Assembly (NCBI GenBank): GCA_963725185.1
Contig: CAVRXO010000002.1
Span: 496,666-560,665, forward strand
Length of the DNA stretch: 64,000 nucleotides
Direction: 5' to 3'
Source: an uncultured Alphaproteobacteria bacterium
GTDB taxonomy: Bacteria > Pseudomonadota > Alphaproteobacteria > Rhizobiales > Xanthobacteraceae
Numbering within the stretch: position 1 is the stretch's first letter; each line of letters starts with the position of its first letter. A program made the position numbers and the translations under genes. This document shows positions 59,059 to 64,000 of the stretch, in pieces. The notes under the pieces were generated by a model that worked only from the letters and a program-made list of their open reading frames with translations, made no database searches and was not told where the DNA came from.

Positions 59059-60075
59059 ATGATCAGACCCAGATACATCGACCGACGCGGGTTCTTGCGC
59101 TCGACCGCCGCCATCGGCGCCGGCCTGGTGGCCAGCCCCTACGTGGCACGCGCCGCCGCCAAGGAGATCCTGGTTGCGGAGCCGGTCCACGGCACCGGCT
59201 ATCTGCCGCTCTACATCGCGATGTCCAAGGGATTCTTCGATGAGGCCAATGTCACCGTCAACCTGGTGACCATCGAAACCGGCGGCGGTCACACCAATGC
59301 GGTGCTGTCCGGACAGGCCTTCGCCTTCATCGGCGGTCCCGAGCATAACGCCTTCGCCAAGGCCAAAGGGGCCGAGCTGCGCGCCGTCGTGCACTGCGTC
59401 GACCGCGGCAACATCTATTTCTGCGCCGGCCAGGGCTTCGAGCCCGCCAATAAGGACTGGCCCGAATATTTCAGGCACAAGACGATCGCCATCGGCCCGT
59501 TCGGCGGCACGCCCAACTCAATCACGCGCTACTTCCTGAAGAAATGGAATCTGGACGCCAAACGGGATGTCACCTTGATCGAGACCGCCAACTCCGCCAC
59601 CATCGCGGTAGTCAGGGGCAAGCAGGCGCAGATCGGCGAGGCAACCGAGCCTTACGTCACCCAGGGGGTGCGGCATTCGATTTGGGGCGAACCCTTCATC
59701 AATGTTCCCAAGGAGCTTGGGCCGTACGCCTACTCCACTTTCAATGTCCGCCTCGATACGATCCAGAAGGATCCTGAGCTGGTGCGCGCCTTCGTGCGTG
59801 GCATGATCAAGGGGCTCAAGTTCCTCTACGCCAATCGCGACGAAGCCGCCGAGATCGCCAAGAAGCAGTTTCCCACCATGCCGCTCGACGACCTCAAGGC
59901 CACACTCGACCGCTCTTTTGCGGACGAGCTGTGGAGCCGGGACGGCATGATCAGTCGTGAAGCCTGGACCACCGCAAGCGCGGTCGTCCGCAGCGCCGGC
60001 ATTCTCAAGACCGACGTCGAATACGACGAGATCATCGATATGAGCTTCGTCGATGCCATTCGCTCGAGTCTTTGA
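59059..60075 (+). CDS. ABC substrate-binding protein (NMT1-like) with a Tat signal
   Basis: ATG at 59059 within ORF 58288..60075. MIRPRYIDRRGFLRSTAAIGAGLVASPYVARAAA, then an NMT1/SsuA-like fold. Confidence 0.85.
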   Translation: MIRPRYIDRRGFLRSTAAIGAGLVASPYVARAAAKEILVAEPVHGTGYLPLYIAMSKGFFDEANVTVNLVTIETGGGHTNAVLSGQAFAFIGGPEHNAFAKAKGAELRAVVHCVDRGNIYFCAGQGFEPANKDWPEYFRHKTIAIGPFGGTPNSITRYFLKKWNLDAKRDVTLIETANSATIAVVRGKQAQIGEATEPYVTQGVRHSIWGEPFINVPKELGPYAYSTFNVRLDTIQKDPELVRAFVRGMIKGLKFLYANRDEAAEIAKKQFPTMPLDDLKATLDRSFADELWSRDGMISREAWTTASAVVRSAGILKTDVEYDEIIDMSFVDAIRSSL

Positions 60076-60104
60076 AATGCGTTGCGCAGACAGGAGAGAG
60101 ACGG

Positions 60105-60974
60105 GTGCGCAGATCCGACCGATATGACGACTCGATAATCTCGGAACGAAAGCCGTTCGCTTGGCCCGGCGGCAAGACGCTGGCGGTCTGGATCGCTCCC
60201 AACGTGGAGGTCTGGGATTACAACTCGCCCGCCGGCCAGGCGGTTTCCCCGAACCTCGGCAAGATCGTGCCCGACGTGGTCAACTACGCCTGGCGCGAAT
60301 ACGGCATGCGGATCGGCCTTTGGCGCATCGCCGACGTGCTGGACGCGGCCGGCATCAAGGCCACCGTCGCGTTGAATTCGCTGGTCTGCGAGCACTATCC
60401 CAAGGCCATGGAGGAAATGAAAAAGCGCGGATGGGAATTCATGGGCCATGGCACGACCAACAGCGAAGGCCTGGCGGGCCTGAGCTTGGAAAAGGAACGG
60501 GAAACCATCCGCACGATCCTCAAGACGATCGAGCAATCCAGCGGACGAAAACCCCGCGGCTGGCTCGGGTCCGGGCTCGCCGAGACCTACAACACGCTCG
60601 ACATCCTCGCCGAGGAGGGCGTGATCTATTGCGGCGATTGGAATGCCGACGATCAGCCCTTCCCGCTGAAGGTCAAGGCCGGCAAGATGTTCTCGATTCC
60701 CTACTGCATGGAGATCAATGACATCCCGCTCTACATGCGCAAGGGCTACACCGGCGAGCAGTACTACCGCTCGGTAATGGACCAATTCGAGACGCTTTAT
60801 GCCGACAGCGAGAAGCAGGCGCGCGTCATGGGCATCCCGCTGCACCCGATGATCTCAGGCCAGCCGCTGCGCATCAAATACCTGCAGCGCGCCATTGCCG
60901 AGATCAAGAGCCATGAGCGCGTCTGGTTTGCCACCGGCAGCGAGATCATCGACGCCTATCAAAAGCTCGCCTGA
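60105..60974 (+). CDS. polysaccharide deacetylase family protein (PuuE/allantoinase-like subgroup)
   Basis: ORF 60072..60974. The GTG at 60105 follows GGAGAG. AWPGGKTLAVWIAPNVEVWDY...NYAWREYGMRIGLWRI...GHGTTNS resembles divergent NodB-fold deacetylases. Confidence 0.8.
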   Translation: MRRSDRYDDSIISERKPFAWPGGKTLAVWIAPNVEVWDYNSPAGQAVSPNLGKIVPDVVNYAWREYGMRIGLWRIADVLDAAGIKATVALNSLVCEHYPKAMEEMKKRGWEFMGHGTTNSEGLAGLSLEKERETIRTILKTIEQSSGRKPRGWLGSGLAETYNTLDILAEEGVIYCGDWNADDQPFPLKVKAGKMFSIPYCMEINDIPLYMRKGYTGEQYYRSVMDQFETLYADSEKQARVMGIPLHPMISGQPLRIKYLQRAIAEIKSHERVWFATGSEIIDAYQKLA

Positions 60975-61007
60975 CGCCGGCACGCCGGGAGCGAATGAGG
61001 AGTCACC

Positions 61008-62522
61008 ATGCGCAAGAAGGGCAGCAACCATCCAACTCGGTCCGATGCGCTGAAATCACGCGATGGCGACGCGGCATCGTCGCGTCGCGCGTTCCTCAAG
61101 GCGGGCGTCGGCCTCGCAGCCGGCGGGGCGGCGGCGCAGGTCCCCTCCGGCGGCGCGCTGGCCCAAGGCGCCGGCGCGAGCGACCCCGACGCCGAGCTGC
61201 GCCGCCTGCAAGGGCAGCGCCGCATCCTCATCAAGGGCGGCGTGGTGCTGACCCTCGACCGCAGGATCGGCGACTTCGCGCAGGCGGACGTGCTGATCGA
61301 GGACGGCAAGATCCGCGAAGTGCGGCCGAACCTGCCGGTGTCTCCCGACGCGGCGGCGGTGATCGACGCCACGAACCGCATCGTCGTTCCAGGCTTCATC
61401 GACACCCATAGCCATTCCTATCAGGGCCTCCTGCGCAGCATCATGCCCAACGGCCTGCTCGTTCCCGACTACAACCGGGACGTCCAGAGCACCTTGACTC
61501 CGGTCTATGCGCCCGAGGACGCCTATGCGGGCGAGCTGGTCACCGCGCTCGGCATGATCGACAACGGCACGACCGGCATCGTCGACATCTCGCAGGTCTC
61601 CCATTCGCCGGAGCACAGCGACGCCTGCATACGCGCCCTGCAGGAAGCGGGCATCCGCGCGGTCTTCTCCTATCACCGCGGTGCCGGGCCGCGAACCCAG
61701 TTTCCGCAGGACATCGCCCGCCTGCAGCGGAGCTATTTCAGCTCGAAGGACCAACTGCTGACGCTCGCTCTCACCACCAGCCTCGACGCCAAGCTCTATA
61801 CGCTGGCGCGCGAGGTCGGCGTCCAGGCCGTCCTGCATCTGGTCGGCAAGGACCTGAGCGCACCGTTGCTGGAGCTGGGACGCGCCGGGTTGCTGCGACC
61901 GGGCGATGAATACATCCACTGCCTGGGCCTCAACGACGCGGCATGGCGGCTGATCAAGGATACCGGCGGGCGCGTCTCGCTCTGCACCCAGATCGACATG
62001 GCGATGGGCCATGGCTCGCCGACCATCCAGGAGGCGCTGGATCACGGGCTGCGCCCGAGCCTGAGCTCCGATCACGGCGTGGAGATCGCGCAGGATTGCT
62101 TCACCATCATGCGATCGACCTTCACGTTCCAGCGCAACCAGCTGTTCCAACGCGCCCGCAACGGCGAGCAGAACCTGCCGCCGCTCCTGACCTGCCGCGA
62201 CCTCATCGAGTTCGCCACCATCGAGGGCGCCCGCTGCGCCAATATCGACGGCAAGGTGGGCACGCTCACGCCCGGCAAGGAGGCCGACATCCTGCTGCTC
62301 GCGGCCGACCGGCTCAACATCTGGCCGCTCAACAACGCGCCCGGCGTGGTCGTGAACCTGATGAATCCCGGCAATGTCGACACGGTCTTCATCGCCGGCA
62401 AGGTCAAGAAATGGCGCGGCAACCTGGTGGGCGTCGATATGCCGCGCGTGCTGCGCCTGGTGCGCGAGGCGCGTGACGCCGTCATGCGGCGCGCCGGCTA
62501 CTCGGTGAACTTGCTCGGCTGA
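61008..62522 (+). CDS. amidohydrolase family protein with a twin-arginine signal (predicted periplasmic)
   Basis: 504 aa. SSRRAFLKAGVGLAAGGAAAQ is a Tat leader. VVPGFIDTHSHSYQG is the metal-binding HxH motif of the amidohydrolase superfamily. Confidence 0.85.
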   Translation: MRKKGSNHPTRSDALKSRDGDAASSRRAFLKAGVGLAAGGAAAQVPSGGALAQGAGASDPDAELRRLQGQRRILIKGGVVLTLDRRIGDFAQADVLIEDGKIREVRPNLPVSPDAAAVIDATNRIVVPGFIDTHSHSYQGLLRSIMPNGLLVPDYNRDVQSTLTPVYAPEDAYAGELVTALGMIDNGTTGIVDISQVSHSPEHSDACIRALQEAGIRAVFSYHRGAGPRTQFPQDIARLQRSYFSSKDQLLTLALTTSLDAKLYTLAREVGVQAVLHLVGKDLSAPLLELGRAGLLRPGDEYIHCLGLNDAAWRLIKDTGGRVSLCTQIDMAMGHGSPTIQEALDHGLRPSLSSDHGVEIAQDCFTIMRSTFTFQRNQLFQRARNGEQNLPPLLTCRDLIEFATIEGARCANIDGKVGTLTPGKEADILLLAADRLNIWPLNNAPGVVVNLMNPGNVDTVFIAGKVKKWRGNLVGVDMPRVLRLVREARDAVMRRAGYSVNLLG

Positions 62523-62543
62523 CTTGAGCCGAGGCCGTCAGGG

Positions 62544-62759
62544 GCAAGGCTTGCAGGACGACTTGTCCCGGCCTTGAGCCGGGACCGTTACAAATTCGGA
62601 GTTTGGTACGGTCCCGGGTCAAGCCCGGGACAAGGTTGGTACCATCAGGTGGCATCGGGCAGCGCAAGGCTTATGAGGACGGCTTGTTCCGGCCTTGAGC
62701 CGGGACCGTTCCAAATTCCGACGTCGGTTCCCGGGTCAAGTCCGGGACAAGGTCGGTAC
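62544..62759. repeat. REP-like family 2: two ~97-100-nt copies (period ~119 nt), each with two hairpins
   Basis: Copy 1 spans 62544-62643 and copy 2 spans 62663-62759. Each contains GTCCCGGC-cttga-GCCGGGAC (copy 2 degenerate: GTTCCGGC) and GTCCCGGG-tcaag-CCCGGGAC-like hairpins (copy 2 degenerate: GTTCCCGGG / TCCGGGAC). They lie between convergent genes. Confidence 0.8.
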
Positions 62760-63666
62760 GCAATTGGGCCGCGTCGGAGCCGCGCGGCTCCAGCAGGTTC
62801 AACGCGGCCCGCAGCTCGCCATGGGCAAGATCGAGGAGCGCCTGGCCTTTATCCATGTCGCAGCCGCGCAGCAACAGAACGGCCAGCTTCACGTTGCCGC
62901 CGGCCTGCTGCAGCGCTTGGCGCACCTCGTCGCGGTTTGCGGCGGTGAGCTTCAGCAACATCTCCTCGCTGCGTCGCACGAGCTTCTCATTGACCGCCTG
63001 CACGTCCACCATCAGGCCCTCATAGACCCGGCCGAGCCTGATCATCAGCAGGGACGAAAGCATGTTGAGCGCGATCCGCTGTGCCGTGCCGGCCTTCATC
63101 CGGGTCGAGCCGGCGATGGGCTCGGCATCGGTATCGAGAAAGACCGCATGGTCGGCTTCGTTGAGGATCGGTGTGCCGCGGTTGTTGGCGATCCCGACAG
63201 TCAATGCGCCGCGCCGCTTCGCCTCGCGCAGGCAGGCGAGCGTAAACGGGGTGGTCCCGCTCGCCGCCACGGCGATCAGCGCATCCCGTTTGTCGATGGC
63301 GTGCTGGCGCACGATGCGGGCGCCCTGCTCGCTCGCGTCCTCGGCGCCTTCGACGGAACGCAGCAGCGCATCCCGGCCACCCGCGATCAGCAGCAGCAGG
63401 CGGTCCGCCGGCCAATTGAAGGTCGGCACCAGCTCGGCGCCATCTTGCACAGCCAGCCGTCCCGACGTACCGGCACCCACATAGACCAGGCGGCCGGCAT
63501 GCTTGAGACGCGCTTCGATCGCCGCGACGGCACGCGCCAGCGCAAAGCGCGCTTCGCGCGCCGCAGCCACGGCGGCAAATTGTCCCTCGATCATCGCATC
63601 CAGGATGTCCGCAGGCTCCCAGAGATCGATGCCTGCGTACCGGGGACTGGGGCGTTCCGTGTCCAT
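62671..63666 (-). CDS. murQ: N-acetylmuramic acid 6-phosphate etherase
   Basis: ATG at 63666 within ORF 62671..63996. SIS-domain motifs RLVYVGAGTSGRLAVQD, AVAASGTTPF and IAGSTRMKAGTAQ are present. The last ~29 codons are encoded by REP family 2 copy 2. Confidence 0.85.
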   Translation of the reverse strand: MDTERPSPRYAGIDLWEPADILDAMIEGQFAAVAAAREARFALARAVAAIEARLKHAGRLVYVGAGTSGRLAVQDGAELVPTFNWPADRLLLLIAGGRDALLRSVEGAEDASEQGARIVRQHAIDKRDALIAVAASGTTPFTLACLREAKRRGALTVGIANNRGTPILNEADHAVFLDTDAEPIAGSTRMKAGTAQRIALNMLSSLLMIRLGRVYEGLMVDVQAVNEKLVRRSEEMLLKLTAANRDEVRQALQQAGGNVKLAVLLLRGCDMDKGQALLDLAHGELRAALNLLEPRGSDAAQLRTDLVPDLTREPTSEFGTVPAQGRNKPSS

Positions 63667-63745
63667 GGGTCTACCGCACCCTCGTTGCCGTCCCTTAATC
63701 CAAACGCTTTCGATCCAGAATGGTTCTGATGCGTTAGGGACTTGA

Positions 63746-64000
63746 ATGGTCAACGTTTTCGGAGCGCGGCCGATGAGCGGTCTTGAGTTGAGCGGTCTTG
63801 ATATGCGCAAATGGGTCGAATTTCGCGAGGTGCCCGGGATCGTGCTGCGGCAGGCCCAGGCCCTCACCCTTCCGGTCGCGGAGCTTCTGCTCCATCTGAG
63901 ACAATACAGGCCGAACCTCGTCGTCACCTGCGCGCGCGGGAGCTCGGCCAATGCGGCGAGCTTCGGCAAGCATCTGATCGAAAACCATCTCGGCATCCCG
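63746..64000 (+). CDS. SIS-domain protein (GlmS/AgaS-like isomerase/deaminase), 5' part only
   Basis: This open frame is not in the ORF track because it runs off the window: ..MRKWVEFREVPGIVLRQAQALTLPVAELLLHLRQYRPNLVVTCARGSSANAASFGKHLIENHLGIP. Candidate starts are at 63746, 63773 and 63803. It is divergent from murQ. Confidence 0.65.
   Translation, partial: MVNVFGARPMSGLELSGLDMRKWVEFREVPGIVLRQAQALTLPVAELLLHLRQYRPNLVVTCARGSSANAASFGKHLIENHLGIP

Overview
High-GC chromosomal segment, probably alphaproteobacterial and Bradyrhizobiaceae-like. That attribution is inferred from gene content, Bug/TctC and BMP binding proteins, and GCGCAATAAAGCGATTGCGCC-type REP elements. No rRNA, tRNA, CRISPR array, transposase, integrase or prophage gene was seen. 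Left to right: a secreted hypothetical protein; an RND efflux pair; an amidohydrolase with a Bug binding protein; SapC; a PHB-depolymerase-family esterase; an RHH regulator with a repeat operator; an OFA-type MFS transporter; a DUF2325 protein; and a molybdenum cluster (ModE N-domain-only regulator, DUF2478, orphan modA, methyltransferase, mop, FecB-like binding protein). Next come NHEJ genes (ligD plus a broken ligC-like ligase) and a large alpha-glucan/trehalose block (TreS-like GH13, alpha-glucosidase, malQ, glgE-treS/pep2-glgB-glgX-treZ-treY). These are followed by ku, several small stress-type proteins (basic DUF6496-like, PRC-barrel, zinc-ribbon), a multidomain c-type cytochrome, a BMP-type ABC operon, a NitT/TauT-type ABC cluster with deacetylase and amidohydrolase genes, and murQ with a divergent SIS gene. 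Two results stand out. (1) Three perfect alphaproteobacterial general-stress (EcfG-type) promoter motifs, GGAAC-N16/17-CGTT, sit correctly oriented upstream of ligD, a secreted Gly-rich protein and a membrane protein. A palindromic GGAACC-N16-GGTTCC lies between malQ and glgE. Together these suggest that 19-48 kb is a stress/dormancy supercluster linking NHEJ, trehalose/alpha-glucan metabolism and small stress proteins. (2) Reading-frame lesions are common. Single 1-nt frameshifts occur in the RND pump, the MFS transporter, malQ and treZ. The ligC-like ligase has a frameshift plus an in-frame TAG. At least 18 frame switches are concentrated in the three BMP-ABC genes at 51.3-54.8 kb, while their binding-protein gene is intact. 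Sequence alone cannot tell real pseudogenes from indel-type assembly errors.
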